Counted from the first letter of the stretch, positions 1-14,204 are shown. The stretch: 64,000 nt of DNA from Octopus vulgaris (GCA_951406725.2 OX597832.1:58466001-58530000), one strand, 5' to 3'. Made by a program: numbers and translations. Notes: generated by a model from the letters alone, not told the origin.

Positions 1-209
1 TGTTATCAAATAAACAATATTTCGACATCTCGTGTGTCTTCCACAAGTTAAAAAATAAACACTTTTCTTTATTTGCTTCTATACCTTCTGGAGGAGTAAC
101 CTCAATCCTATAAATATTACCAAAATGAAGTAGATTGACAAGTTTATTTTTGATCCTCTAAAAGACGCACATATTGTTCATATAACACTGGCACTCTTCT
201 TTATTTGTT

Positions 210-511
<302 letters not shown>

Positions 512-519
512 GACAATCC

Positions 520-1353
520 ATGGATGGGATTTATAAATATTTTAATGAATCGCTACGCGTGTTTCCACAAAGTGTATCTTTCTTTCGATCATATTCCGCA
601 TTTCTCAGTTGATTACAGTACAATCTGTAGTATCCATGGACATAAGGTGGATCTTAGTCCATGCGTGCTTTTCATCAGGCAATATATCATTGAAGTTGAA
701 ATCAACGAATTGATAAACACCATATTTCAGGTATACATTCGTTACTTCCAGCTTTAATGCTGTATTACCTGATGAAATGAATGCATGAACCCCTCCTCAA
801 AGTGGTAGGGTGGTGTAAATGGGCAGTGTCAGAGCTATGCCGTCGGAAACTTCGGTTCCTTGTAGGGCCACCCAAAGCGGATTGGTCTGGCACCAATTCC
901 ATGAGGCGTCTGATCGGCAACCGGCAGCTTCGAGGTCGTTCTGTCCCTGCATCTGTGGAGACTCCGCGGCAAACAGTGCGTCCTGACACTCGGGATATGC
1001 ATGCGAGATATCGGGGACCGCTTGTGAATTCAATATTCCCACGAAACTTCTTCTATGAATTCCAGATGGAACCACGAATGGCTCGCTATGTCCAGTGATC
1101 TCGCACAGGACCGTCGAGCGTGGGCCGCCATGGTTCGTGATGCCGTCAGGACCAGAGAAGAAGCCGGCTTAACCTGCCCTGGGTGAACGCCGTCAAAAGT
1201 ACAAGTAAGTATGAACTATGATCCATCCGTTGTTCATCGATACAACGGATTGTACTGTAATCATCCCAGGTACGAGGACTATGATTGTAAGACATATGTG
1301 ATTTGTGGAAACGCGCATTGCGATTCATTAAAATATTTATATATTTCATCCAT
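520..1353. mobile_element. old fold-back (palindromic MITE-like) element of ~410 bp, split by a LINE-derived insertion
   Basis: 520-~718 is an imperfect reverse complement of 730-790 joined to 1217-1353 (e.g. ATAAATATTTTAATGAATCGC, GATTACAGTACAATC, TTTCATCAGG). Confidence 0.75.
791..1210 (+). mobile_element. short RTE-type LINE derivative with ATGAAC target-site duplication
   Basis: GC-rich insert. The 3' end encodes DLAQDRRAWAAMVRDAV (RTE/CR1-like C-terminus) and ends in an AAGT repeat tail. ATGAAC at 785-790 and 1211-1216. Confidence 0.7.
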
Positions 1354-1579
1354 TAATTATCATTATTACAATACACACACACACACACATCTGTTGTGTG
1401 TGTGTATTTGTGTGTATGTATGTATATATTCACATATGTATATATCTGTGTATATATAGATATTAAAATATAGATATTGCTTGCATATATAAATGTTTAT
1501 ATATTTATATATTATACATTTACATACACGCGCTCACGCATATATTCTACGGATGAATTGCACTTTAATAATTATGCGC

Positions 1580-1629
<50 letters not shown>

Positions 1630-1974
1630 CTGCGTGTGTGCGTATGTGGACTCCAGAATTAAAATGAAATCGACCGAGATAGTAATCGAACTCAATGAAT
1701 TTCTTAAAAGAAATTATCTGTACTCTCCTATCATTGTTATGTAGCTCTCCATCATCTCTGATTCATAAGGGCTATGATTAAAGTTAATGCAGCTATGACC
1801 TTGAACTTGTGTGGATTTAATCAGAGATACTTAAATTCGGGATCAATATATCCAAAGCCAGATCCTTCCACTTTTATAAAGGAATGTAATTTGAGAATGA
1901 TTTGGCTGCTATTTCTACCAAATAGAGTAACCGCATGATAGCTCCTTCGCTGCTTGTTACGACATAAAAAAAAT

Positions 1975-2222
1975 AAGTTCCTTCTCGAGCCATGCTAGGC
2001 TTATAAGGGCCGGTTTCCTGGTTTCAGTGGCGTAGGAATTTCCCACCTGGACGGGACGCCGGTCCGCCGCAGGATAACTCATTTTTGCCAAATGAGTGGA
2101 CTGTAGCAACGTGAAAATGAAGTGTTTTACTCAAGAACATAACGCATCGCCCGGTCAAAGAATCGAAACAACAACCCTACGATCATGAGTTCAACACCCT
2201 AACCAGCAAGCCATGCGCCTCC
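1975..2222 (-). mobile_element. tRNA-derived SINE (family C)
   Basis: Minus-strand head GGAGGCGCATGGCTT..TGGTTAGGG and B-box-like GTTTCGATTC; homologous to 5080-5325. Confidence 0.82.
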
Positions 2223-3154
2223 ATGACATTTTTTAGAGACATAAAAATGTCATACATTTCTGTTCTGTCGTAGCCTGCATGCAATATTCTTCATTATCGA
2301 CCAAGAGCCTGCTTTGTTCTCAGCGAAAATAAATAAATGTCATCATCGTTGCCTTATCTTGTGTTATATCTTCTCTTGTTAGATTTTCTACTTGCTATTT
2401 TGACGAGGTATTGTATATGAATGTAGATGGAATTGTTTAGGGGGAAACAAAAACCCTTAAAGACCAGAAAAGAAATCGGTCTTCGTAAAGCAGAATAAGG
2501 TGGGTTGCGATGGCTTGGTTTGGTGTGGTTTGAGTGAAGAGGGATGTCATATTTCTCGCCGTTATTTCACCATCGCTTCAAGAAATAACACAATTATTAT
2601 TCCATACAAAGCTTTGGCATTACCAATTCCAAATGTTGTTTCCATTAACTCGTGCTATTGTTTTCTTTACAAAAGCGCTTCGGTTAAAGCGCCTCGCAGA
2701 AAAACTTTCCATCCAGACAAAAATAATATAAAATGGAATAAAATGAAATGAAATCTTAGAGAAAGACAATGAAATCTAAAAACATTTTATGAATAAAGAT
2801 AGGTGGGTTGATGTAAATATCTTTACTTAGGGGGAATTTAAGCTGGCGCATTAAGGTAAATCGTTTTAAAATAGCAACTATTCAGTAATGCTAAAGAATG
2901 CTTTCCCTAAGCTTATCCCAAGGTTGTTCATTTTACAATTTTCTCTCCCTTTGTGTCGCTCTTTGCTGGCTTAGAAGCACCTCCGCAGCCAAGCTTTCTT
3001 TACGTGTATTTTAGCAGCGTTCAATGACACAACTTAATTGATTTGTGAGATTACGAAAATCTTTCTCTGCCCTCTTTACCTGGAAGAGATTAAGAGAAAG
3101 AGAACGAATGGTGAATAAATAGGTTATCACTATTATTATTATTATTATTATTTC

Positions 3155-3226
<72 letters not shown>

Positions 3227-3299
3227 CATCATCAATATTATTATCATTATTATTATTATCAATATTATTATCATTATTATTATTATCAATATTATTATC

Positions 3300-3354
<55 letters not shown>

Positions 3355-3453
3355 GTTTTATTGTTATTATTATTATTATTATGATTATGATTATGATTAT
3401 TATCATTATTGTTATCATTAGTTTTATTGTTATTATTATTATCTTTATTATTA

Positions 3454-3545
<92 letters not shown>

Positions 3546-3838
3546 AATTTTATAATGTTGTTATTAATTTCTATTATTCTCCGTGAAAACGTCGGCAACA
3601 GCAGAAAGCAGGTAAGCTACAGACAAAATATTTTCTCCCTTTTATACAATCGCCATGTTTTCTTTTGCAATTTCACAAACGTTCGTTTATTCTCCTAATC
3701 TACTCAATCTCCGTTCATACAACGATACTGTGTTAAGCTTTCTCACATCTCACTTTCTCCACTGAATTTTCTCTTTGCATCAATTCAAAATTCTTCTCAT
3801 TTTTTCTCTCTTAATGTTTGACGTTTGACCTCCGTCGT

Positions 3839-3965
<127 letters not shown>

Positions 3966-4270
3966 TAGTGTGTCTATGTGGGTGTTTGTATGTATATGTG
4001 TCTTTGTTTGTGTGGACGCGTGTGTGTGCACTTGTGTGTATGTATCAACGTCTGTTTTGTGTCGAGCTATTATAATTATCTAACGAGCTAAAGAATTACT
4101 CAATACTTTTAGCAGAGTATATATTTATTAAACTTTGCAAAAGAAAAATGGTTGACAGTGACTTCGAAGTTTCAACTTGCTATCCTTCAATCTATCTCTC
4201 TCTCTCTCTCTCTCTTTTCCCTTCCTCCTCTCTCCCTATGTACACATATGTATATGGATATATATATATA

Positions 4271-4566
4271 TCACTGTGATCACCGTGACCGACCAGGCTA
4301 TCAGATGTTGCTGCACATCGCTGGTGACAATGCGCTTCGCATTGTTTTAGCCTTCAAATGACGCCACCCCGCTGGCTAAGTGAGCAGGCCAACAGAAGAA
4401 AGAGTGAGAGAAAGTTGTGGCGAAAGAGTATAGCAGGGATCGCCACCACCCCCTGCTGGAGCCTCGTGGAGCTTTAGGTGTTTTCGCTCAATAAACACTC
4501 ACAACGCCCGGTCTGGGAATCGAAACCGCGATCCTACAACCGCAAGTCCGCTGCCCTAACCACTGG

Positions 4567-4570
<4 letters not shown>
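4271..4570 (-). mobile_element. family C SINE
   Basis: TGGCCCAGTGGTTAGGGCAGCGGAC...GGTTTCGATTCCCAGACCGGG on the minus strand. Confidence 0.85.
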
Positions 4571-4637
<67 letters not shown>

Positions 4638-5079
4638 GCCTATACATGTGTGCGTGTGAGCGTGTCCATACCTACAAGTGTGTGTGAGCATGCACATACT
4701 TACATGTGTGTGTGTGTATGTACTCTTGTGCGTGTGTGTGTCCCAACATCGCTTGACAACCGATGCTGGTGTGTTTACGTTCCCATATCATAGCGGTTCG
4801 GCAAGAGAGACCGATAGAATAAGTACTAGGCTTACACAGAATAAGTCCTGGGGTCGATTTGCTCGATGTGTGTGTATGTGTGTGTGTGTGTGTTTAAGAA
4901 TTGGAAATTTATATAAAATATATTTCATTTGGTGTAAAGAATATCCTGTAAGCAATTCAATACGCTTCATAGAACTGACAGCATTGTTTGTTATATATCA
5001 ATATTTGACAGCATGTTCTAAATTTCACCGTGGTCTACATTGTGCACGATTGTTTTAACAATCTAGATTGGCGCAAAGT

Positions 5080-5325
5080 GGAGGACCGTGGAGTAGTGGT
5101 TACGGTATTGGACTCAAGATCGCGAGATTGTCATTTCAGTTACTGGACCGGGCGATGCGTGGTGTTCTTGAGCAAAACACTTCATTTCCTGTTGCCCCAG
5201 TCCACTCAGCTGGCAAAAATTCGTAAAACTGTGACGGATTGGCGTCCCGGCCAAATGGGGAGTTTATACGTCATGAAACCGGGAAACCGGCCCTCATGAG
5301 CCTTGCATGGTTCGAGAAAGAAACA
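5080..5325 (+). mobile_element. family C SINE
   Basis: GGACCGGGCGATGCG..GTGTTCTTGAGCAAAACACTTCATTTC...GAAACCGGGAAACCGGCCC. Confidence 0.8.
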
Positions 5326-5380
5326 TTGCTTTTTTTTTTTTTCATATTGGAGCAAAACTCAAAGTAGATTGTCAGGTTTC

Positions 5381-5775
5381 AGGAGTGGCTGTGTGGTAAG
5401 TAGCTTGCTTATCAATCACATGGTTCCGGGTTCAGTAACACTGCGAGGCACCTTGGGCAAGTGTATTCTACTATAACCACGAGACGACCAACGACTTGTA
5501 AGTAGATTTGGTAGACAGAAATTAAAAGTATCCCGTCGTATAAATGTGTGTGTGTGTGTGTGTGTAGATGTTTGGGCGTCTCTGTTTGCCCCCTCTATCG
5601 TTTGACAAACAATGTTTGTTAGTATGTATACGTCACCGTGACGTAACGGTTGGGCAAAAGAGACCGATAGGATAAGTACTAAGCTTACAAAGAATAAGTC
5701 CTGGGGTCGATTTGATTCGACTAAAAGGCAATGCCCCAGCATGGCCACAGTCAAATGACTGAAGCAAATACAAGA
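5381..5775 (+). mobile_element. CORE-type tRNA SINE (family B), full length
   Basis: A box TGGCTGTGTGG, B box GGTTCAGT, CORE-like ACCTTGGGCAAGTG, internal (TG)n, 3' end CCAGCATGGCCACAGTCAAATGACTGAA. A partial copy lies at 4735-4866. Confidence 0.88.
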
Positions 5776-5925
5776 AAGAAAGAACAAAAAGATTATTTCA
5801 GGATGTGACGAGTTGAAAGGAAGCAGTGTACTGTAAATTAGACTGGAATCCTTAATCCGTAATCGTGAGTTCGACAAAACATATTTTGTCTAACAGAAAA
5901 TTACAGAGCAAATATTTCAATATAT

Positions 5926-6035
5926 ATCATCGTCATCATCATCATAATCATCTTCGTCATCATCTTCATCATCACCATCACCATCACCATCGCCACCATC
6001 ACCATCAGCATCAACATCATCATCATCATCATCAG

Positions 6036-6079
<44 letters not shown>

Positions 6080-6160
6080 CCACCATCACCATCATCATCA
6101 TCATCATCATCATCATAACCATCATCACCTCCATCATCATCGTCATCATCATCGTCATCG

Positions 6161-6195
<35 letters not shown>

Positions 6196-6269
6196 TTCAT
6201 CACCATCATCATCATCATCGTCGTCACCATCATTATCATCATCACCATCACCACCATCACCATCATCAC

Positions 6270-6310
<41 letters not shown>

Positions 6311-6312
6311 CC

Positions 6313-6393
<81 letters not shown>

Positions 6394-6408
6394 GTCGTCG
6401 TCATCATC
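5926..6408. repeat. (CAT/CAC)n microsatellite
   Basis: Read directly; source of the poly-His/poly-Met ORFs. Related tract at 31350-31685. Confidence 0.99.
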
Positions 6409-7185
6409 GTTGCTGTTTTACGACTTCATATTTCTCTCGCTTTCATTTCCTATTGCTTATTATATATTTCATTGTACTCGTTCCTGTTGTTCTTGCTGTT
6501 TTCCAAACTCGAATTCACCTTTTCAGTTTCTGTACCGGTCTTGACCTTGTTTTCACCAAAAGCGCACAATGCTCGTTTCAAACAGTTGTTGATGCTGTTG
6601 TTGCTATTGGTTCGTCTCCAGATACTGCTGTTGCTGCTGCTGCCGCTGCTGTTGTTGCTGCTATTGCCATCTAGCTGCACTGACTACGTGCAAGTTGTCG
6701 CTGACACTAGGTGCAGAAAGCAATCAATCATTTTGTACTTTGCTTCGACTGCTGAATGTATCTCATTAAAATAGACGACGAAGTTGCCAATGCTCCAGGC
6801 ACCTCTCTCTCTCTCTTCCCCCCTCTCTCTCTGTCTCTCTGTCTCTCTCTGTCTCTCTCTGTCCTTCTATCAATCTCTAAGGCTCTCCTTCTCTCTATCT
6901 CGCTCGCCCACGTCTAACTTCACATGGACAGTTATGGAGATGCTATCGGAAACGCACTCACAAACACGTAAACACACAAACGTATGCTCTCTGTCGGTTA
7001 ATGTTACCTGACGAATCCTTGCGCAAACACACCATGAAGACACCGACATGTTCCACAATCACACATGGACCTTAACGTATTCGCATACATCATTAGTTAC
7101 CTAGGTATAGGTTGCTAGAGTATGAGTGCCTGGAGAGTTTTGAAGCGAAAATGCTAAATAGCTGTAGCATGTGTGCATATGTATT

Positions 7186-7242
<57 letters not shown>

Positions 7243-7253
7243 ATATATAAATG

Positions 7254-7288
<35 letters not shown>

Positions 7289-7788
7289 GTATTTGCATTT
7301 ACACATATATTCATATATATAGACAGAAGCACTCATGTATGTATGTATGTATATATATATATAATATATGTGTGTGCGCACGTGCACATACGTACACTTT
7401 GGAGTGCGGATATATGTGTGTGTGTGTGTGTATATATATATAGCTTAATGCATATTATCAACATTATCATCATCATCACTGTCATCGTTCTCGTCATCAT
7501 CATCATATCATCATCACCATCATCATCGTCATCATCATAACGAATGCATCACCTAATTTCTCTCGTGGTTTCGATTAAATTGCAACAACCTCAATGCAAG
7601 TTACAATGATTCCTTGCTCTCTCTCTTCCCACCAAATTAGACGTTTTAATTCCCGAACAATTGTTTTGTGCTATGTACTTCGTATTTGTCTGTTAAGGAA
7701 AATCATGTAATACATCCAAGATAATATTAATTAATTAAGTCGATATAAGAAAGTATTTCATATGTTGTTTCAAACAAAACCTCCATCT

Positions 7789-7998
7789 CCCTTTTGTTAC
7801 TGTATTTATTTTGAGATGCTCTGTTTTTCTCTCAATTATTTTAAATATAATAAATGATTTAGTAAAATAACTTAGTTATTAAGCTAGTGTTAGGAACATA
7901 AATTGTGACTAAGGTTTGGTGGAAGAGTTTAATTCAAAACTTATGAAAACAAGACATTTGTGCTACAGAGCCAGAGAGCCGGGTTGGTAAGGAAAAGG
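7789..7998. mobile_element. piggyBac-like MITE remnant
   Basis: Imperfect TIR CCCTTTTGTTAC / GGTAAGGAAAAGG; TTAA at the right end (7999-8002), left TTAA lost. Confidence 0.45.
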
Positions 7999-8244
7999 TT
8001 AAAATCGAGTGTACACCGATTTTCAACCTAGTTCGATTACATCGATTTATTGTGTTCATAGTCACGCCCTGCCACTTAGTATGCTGTTTACATGTTGGTC
8101 AGCATCCATAACATTTATTCTACCTGAGTGTATATTTGGTAACTGGTGAGAGAAAAAAGATCGTCACAGAATAGAATTATTACTGTTATGTTCTTTTTGT
8201 GTCTTTTGTTGTGAGACTAATGAAATGCAACTAGGAGGGAATCG

Positions 8245-8661
8245 GGATCTTTTCGGTTTGGACGGCAGTTTTTCTAGCGGTGTCATATGAAATTGTCACC
8301 CATAATTATGATTCTAGTATCGATCTACTGCATTTCACTCTGTTTTAGGGTTAGGGTTAGGGGTGGGGGGAAGAGTATCTTTATTTCTTCAGAAATCTAA
8401 ATAAACCCAATCTGTTTCTTAAACGAGGGACATATTCATACGGCACAGAATGTTTTCACCTCAATAGACGGTCATTGATTGGCTGAAATTGCAGAAATCG
8501 AAGAAAAAAAACAACAAATATCTTTACAAACTATAGAATTTTCTCAATAAAGCCAAGAGAAAAAGATGTTTTATAAACACATTCTACCAGTATACGAAGT
8601 TTAAAATATTTTAGTTACCTAGAAATTATGTTAAAAACTGCCGTTCAAACCGAAAAGATCC
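8245..8661. mobile_element. MITE with ~28-bp TIRs and 8-bp TSD; carries (TTAGGG)3
   Basis: GGATCTTTTCGGTTTGGACGGCAGTTTTT ... AAAAACTGCCGTTCAAACCGAAAAGATCC; flanks GGGAATCG (8237-44) and GGAAATCG (8662-69). Confidence 0.85.
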
Positions 8662-9426
8662 GGAAATCGCAGCCGGCGTGTCCCTGTTAGGTGTTTATAG
8701 CTTATTGTCAATGAAGAAATCTCTTGTTTACTGCACAGCATAGTGGGACTATATGATCAAGTCGATATAAGAAAGTATTATTACCTGCAAATAACAATGA
8801 AAATAACATTTTGCCACCTTGAATACAGAAGAAAAATTAGAAAAATCAAATCTCAAACAACACAACGAAATGCTCACAGATGGAATACATTTTATCGAAG
8901 TGGAGTTACACAGCAATACCAAAAATATCAACATCGTTTTAGAAAATCACTTAAAATAAGCTTCTGAACGCGCTAATGAGTAAATTGAAAACAGCTTTGT
9001 ATTCAAAATATTTTGTTCAAGGAACGACTATTTTCATGTTTGAGCGCTTTCATTAAAGATATTTCCTGATTAGTTTTTCATATTTCGTGTGTAACGTTAA
9101 ATCTCTGAATCCATTTGTCTATTAACATTGCCTGAATTTCTCGATCTCATCATGAGGGTCCAGTAATAGATAAAACACGTAGTTTAACTTCTAAACTCTG
9201 TTTACAGCTATAATGGAACATCTGATGGATTTTGCTGTTGTCTTTATTTTGCTCCAGGTTTACCAACCATGATCGCGCTGACCGATGATTAACGGCATTC
9301 CAGCCATGTCTATTGCTTTACATTTTTAGTGATATATAAACTACATCTTCCACTGCATCTCTTCTTTAAGTGTGAATTGATGGATGGCTAGCTGCTATTT
9401 AAGGTAGGGTGAACTATCGTCTAGAT

Positions 9427-9730
9427 GAGTGGTTCTAAACCATTTTTGTCTACGGTTCTCTTTGCTTCCTGGTTCACTCTACTGGACCTCCATAGCCATC
9501 CGATATATTTTGATTGATAAATATTATCAGGAAGTATTCATTTATTCCTTTATTTTTTTACTTGTTCCTATCATTTGACTGCGTCCATGCTGGAGCACCG
9601 CCTTTTGTCGAACAATTCGAACCAAGGACTATCGGTATCTTTTGCCGAACCGCTATATACGGGAACGTAAACAGACCAGGATCGGTTGTCAAGCGATGGT
9701 GGGGGTGGGGGACAAACACAGACAAACACA

Positions 9731-9791
<61 letters not shown>

Positions 9792-9824
9792 TATATTATA
9801 TATATATATATCGCAATTTCATAC

Positions 9825-9876
<52 letters not shown>

Positions 9877-10154
9877 TTATGACTCGCTCTTTTCAGTTTC
9901 TCTCTATCAAATCCATTCACAAGGCTTTCGTCGGCCCGAGGCTATAGTATAAGACACTTGCCCAAGATTCAACGCAGTGTGACTGAACCCGAAACCATGT
10001 GGCTGGTAAACGAGCTACTTACCACACAGCCACGCCTGCACCTTGTATAAAAAATTAAAATATTTTGTGTGTTGAAGAAGTAAAATGGATCTTAACAACA
10101 AAATCTTAAATGGGGCCCCCAATGGGTCATACAGACCCTCGTTGAAATCCATTG
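9427..10154. mobile_element. hAT-Charlie-like MITE interrupted by a CORE SINE
   Basis: Decayed TIRs GAGTGGTTCTAAACC / CGTTGAAATCCATTG (cf. CAGTGGTTCTCAACC). Left flank GTCTAGAT fits the NTCTAGAN target. Confidence 0.5.
9555..10042 (-). mobile_element. family B SINE
   Basis: Reverse complement of family B with an expanded internal (TA)n. Confidence 0.88.
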
Positions 10155-10454
10155 GTGTAAAGTCGCATTTGCTGCTTTGTAAATAGGTAAATGAATAAAT
10201 AAATGTAATACAAAATTTGTTTAGTTCCAAGTCTGCTCTGAATGCGAAGACCTAAGATCGTAGACTGAAGGCATTGCAGCTTCGAACCTTACGTCTTTTA
10301 ACATAAGTGTAATTAACCTTCGGACACACGCGTTATTCAACGTTTCATTTGGGATTTAAAGATGGGTTTAAACATGGGATTTAAAGATATTTAGTTGGTA
10401 TTTCTACCAGGTCGAGAGGACATTTAGAATATCTATCAGAATTACCAATTTCAA

Positions 10455-10661
10455 ATTTTGGCACGACGCCAGTAGGTTTGGGGAAATGTGTAAGTGGGTT
10501 ACATGGCCTCCAGTGATCAACTGGTATCTATTTTATCGACCCTGTAAAGGATAAAAAGCAAAGTAGGCCTCGGCGGAATTTGAACTCAGAACATAAAGAC
10601 GGACGAAATGCCGGTTAAGTATTTTACTCGACGTGCTAACGACTCTGCCAACTAGCCGCCT
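10455..10661 (-). mobile_element. family A SINE
   Basis: CGGCGGAATTTGAACTCAGAAC ... GCTAACGACTCTGCCAACTAGCCGCC. Confidence 0.85.
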
Positions 10662-10663
10662 TA

Positions 10664-10769
<106 letters not shown>

Positions 10770-11312
10770 CATGGTAAATCCATTAAATATGTGTTCATAT
10801 ACGAAACTACTGTTCAAATATTATGCATATGCATGGCTATCCATTTAATTAAAAGATTGTTAATTAAATGCGTCTGATTAAATTTGCCAAATTGCATGCT
10901 TCGTTATTGTTGTGTTTAAACTGAGATGTGAATAAAAGTGCTCCAGCAACGGCCATCACACCTTTCTTTAGTCACAAACACTGCACTACAATCAACATTA
11001 TCTCCTTTTTCTTTTAAGGGTGCGATGCGACGGAGATTAGGCTGTTATTTCTAACAGTCCAGACGACCGTGTGAGCGTTCGCTCGTTGGGGTTCTGTTTT
11101 TTGTTGTTACGGCTGGTGTTTATTGATGGTGTTGTTGCTGTTGTCGCTGCTGCTGTTGGTGGTGTTGTAGCTGTTGCTGCTGCTTTTGTTGTTGTTGTTG
11201 TTGTTGTTGTTGTTCTTTTTCTTCTTGTTGTCGTTGTTGTTGTTCTTCTTCTTCTTGTTGTTCTTGTTCTTGTTCTTGTTCTTGTTCTCCTCCTCCTCCT
11301 CTTCTTCTTCTT

Positions 11313-11339
<27 letters not shown>

Positions 11340-11345
<6 letters not shown>

Positions 11346-11848
11346 CTTCTTCTTCTTCTTCTTCTCCTTCTTCCAATCAGGACTCACGCCATTAGCCACA
11401 AAGAATAATCTCTAATTCGAGCCTACTCTAAGCTACTAAGAATGCGTGTGGCAACTTGAAGATCCACCTACCACACGCGATAGACTGACGGTTGCACGGG
11501 CGCGAAAGCTACGTTGTTATCCTCAATCCGTAAACGGTGGCTTTTAACGGGTGGAGAGCTGAACCATCCTGGGGTACAGAGGATTCGCAATCTAGACTAG
11601 GGTCTGAAAGATTACCACACCATACTGGGTTACGCCACGGTTCCTCTGTTTTGTTGCAGAAGTAGGAAGAAAGAGTGAGAGAAAGTTGTGGTGAAAGAAT
11701 ACAGCGGGGTTCACCCCACGCCCGCCGGAACCTCGTGGAGCTTGGGTGTTTTTGCTCAATAAACTCTCACATTGCTCGATCTGGGAATCGAAACCGCGTT
11801 CTTACGACCGCGAATCCGCTGCCCTAACCACTGAGCCATTGCTCTCCA
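11340..11848 (-). mobile_element. family C SINE head joined to a longer GC-rich tail ending in (GAA)n
   Basis: Head 11660-11848 matches 4395-4570. The tail 11370-11650 is unique in this window and ends ...CCTGATTGGAAGAAGGAGAAG(AAG)n. Confidence 0.7.
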
Positions 11849-12884
11849 TTGCTGTTGTTGTTGCTGCGCCGCTCTTGTCGGTGTTTTAGTTGTTGTTGGT
11901 GTTATTGCTGTTGCTTTTTTTCGCTACCTTGTATCAACCTATGAGCAAATGCATTTTCACTCTATACGATATGTAGTGCTTTGGAATGTTAAAATAATAT
12001 AATTTAAGTTATATTTGGCTATTGTTTCTAGCGGATCAGGGGATCCGCACAGACGTCTCTTGACACGTTTTGTGTTTCGATGTCTTTTTGCTGATCTCTT
12101 CATTCTACACCAAGTTCCCTTAGCAGAAGAATATTTACCAGGTTTACACTTGGAACTTTCCCTATGCCAAACCAGTAATATATCGCAAAGTAACTGAAAT
12201 AGGAATATTTCCCAAGGATGCTTTCTGTATAAGAAACATATAGTTAAGTGAGGATTAAAATAATTAACGTAGTGCTTAAGAACATTAATAAACGGCTTGA
12301 TGTCAAAAGAAATGAGAAAATTCGAGAATTTTTATGTTAAGACTTCTTTCGAGAGTTTTTAAGTTAAGATGTCAACAACGTAAAGTTCTCGCTGGTAAGA
12401 ACAAAACTTCTGAAACGGATAGAGAAATTCGAAGAATTGCTTTGGTTCAATGGTAAAGCATCTCTCATGTTTAGAATGATGTGTGTTTAAGTCCCATCGA
12501 CAACGTTTGACTTATTCTATCCAAATGGATTTTTAACTCATTATATAAATGCTACCATTTATAGCTTTACCTACTTCGAGTTGTACATTTAACAAGGAAT
12601 TATTTAATAAATTAACATTACAGCCATAATGAAAAGGAAAATGCCGAATTAACAAATGATTATTTCACTCGTATATTATCTTGGTTATTGAAAGGCTTCG
12701 TTTGCAATTGGTAACAATGTTTCACTAACGAGATATGATACGACTGAAACATATCCGGAGTTGTCACGTTACTTAAATAACTGATTCATTTCCTAATCAC
12801 TGCTTGTCTCCATCAATAATTAACTAATTTAGGTTGTGGACTTTTTATTATGGTCAGTCATTTTTATTTTTATCTTTTATCTTT

Positions 12885-13521
12885 TCTTTGTTTAAATCAT
12901 TGGATAGTGGCCATGCTGGAGTACTGACTTGAGGGGTCTTAGTTGAACGAATGGACCGCAGTATCTATTTTTTGAAACTTGGTATTTATTCTATCGTTTT
13001 CTTTTCCCGAACCGCTAGTTGTGAGGATGTAAAAGAAACAACACCGGGTCTCCAGCAGTGAAGGGGGCTAGACACAAACACAAACAAACACACACAGACA
13101 CACGTAGATGTATTTATATACGATAAGCTTCTTTCAGTTTTCTTCTAGCAAATCTATTCACAAGTTTTTGGTCACCTCAGGAATCGGTTTCCTTGGCGTA
13201 TAGGTTCCCCACCTAGACGGGACGCCGGTCCGTCGTAGGTGAGCTGCAAGATACAGGAGGAAAGAGTGAGAGAAAGTTGTGGCGAAAGGGTCAGCAGAAG
13301 TTCGCCATTACCTTCTGCCATAGCCGCATGGAGCTTAGGTGTTTCGCTCATAAACACACACATCGCCCGGTCTGAGATTCGAACTCGCGATCCGTCGACC
13401 GCGAATCCGCTGCCTTAATCTCTAGGCCATGTGCCTCCACATTACCCAAGGTGCCACGTAGTGAGACTGAACCTGCAGCCATGTTGTTGGGAAACATACT
13501 TGTTACCACAGAGCCACGCCC
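12885..13521 (-). mobile_element. family B SINE interrupted by a family C SINE (13175-13441)
   Basis: Family B 3' part 12885-13173 and 5' part 13445-13521 (CCAAGGTGCCACG...ACCACAGAGCCACGCC) flank a family C copy. Confidence 0.8.
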
Positions 13522-14006
13522 ATGATATTAAAGGGTTTAGAAATAAATGCCAATAATCATTCAGTCTAAGCATGTGAGCTCTTTCATTCGTTTGGTTAAC
13601 GTAATAGAAACTGAAGCTAGTCTTCCACTCTCTGTAAAAGGTCCTTATAAATTCTTGAAACGAAAAATTAAGGTTTACAAAACACGTGGACACGTTTATT
13701 AAATATTTAACAGTCCCTTGCAAAACTATTTGAGAATAAATAGTTTTAATTAGAAATCAAGGCTTGAATTCGTAATTATTTTCTATATTAAATCAAATTC
13801 TCCGCTTCTATCATTTACATAACTAACTACTATCCTAAATTAAAGTCATTAACACTTTACGTCTATTAAAATATTTGATTACATATCCGGCATATTTATT
13901 TGTTTACTCTATTAAAGAGTTCTGCTGTTTACCTAATTAAATTCGTTCAGTCTTTGATTTATATCTCATTTTTATTATTCTGCTATGCATTTATTTTATT
14001 TTATTG

Positions 14007-14081
<75 letters not shown>

Positions 14082-14084
14082 CAT

Positions 14085-14143
<59 letters not shown>

Positions 14144-14204
14144 TCCTTACTTAAAATAATAATAATAAAACAAAATGTTGTTGTGTTCGTTATTATTGTT
14201 ATTA

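Noticed and set aside
4500-4570. tRNA genes at SINE heads (also 30657-30715 and 5381-5445)
   Set aside because: A and B boxes are present but there is no complete cloverleaf, and each runs into a repeated SINE body.
5865-6674. 269-aa poly-His ORF and the many poly-I/L/Y/N and YI/CV/HT ORFs
   Set aside because: These are translations of (CAT)n, (TAA)n, (TA)n, (CA)n and (TATC)n microsatellites; no splice or domain support.
8345-8362. True telomere or chromosome-fusion site
   Set aside because: Only three TTAGGG units, inside a TIR-bounded element.
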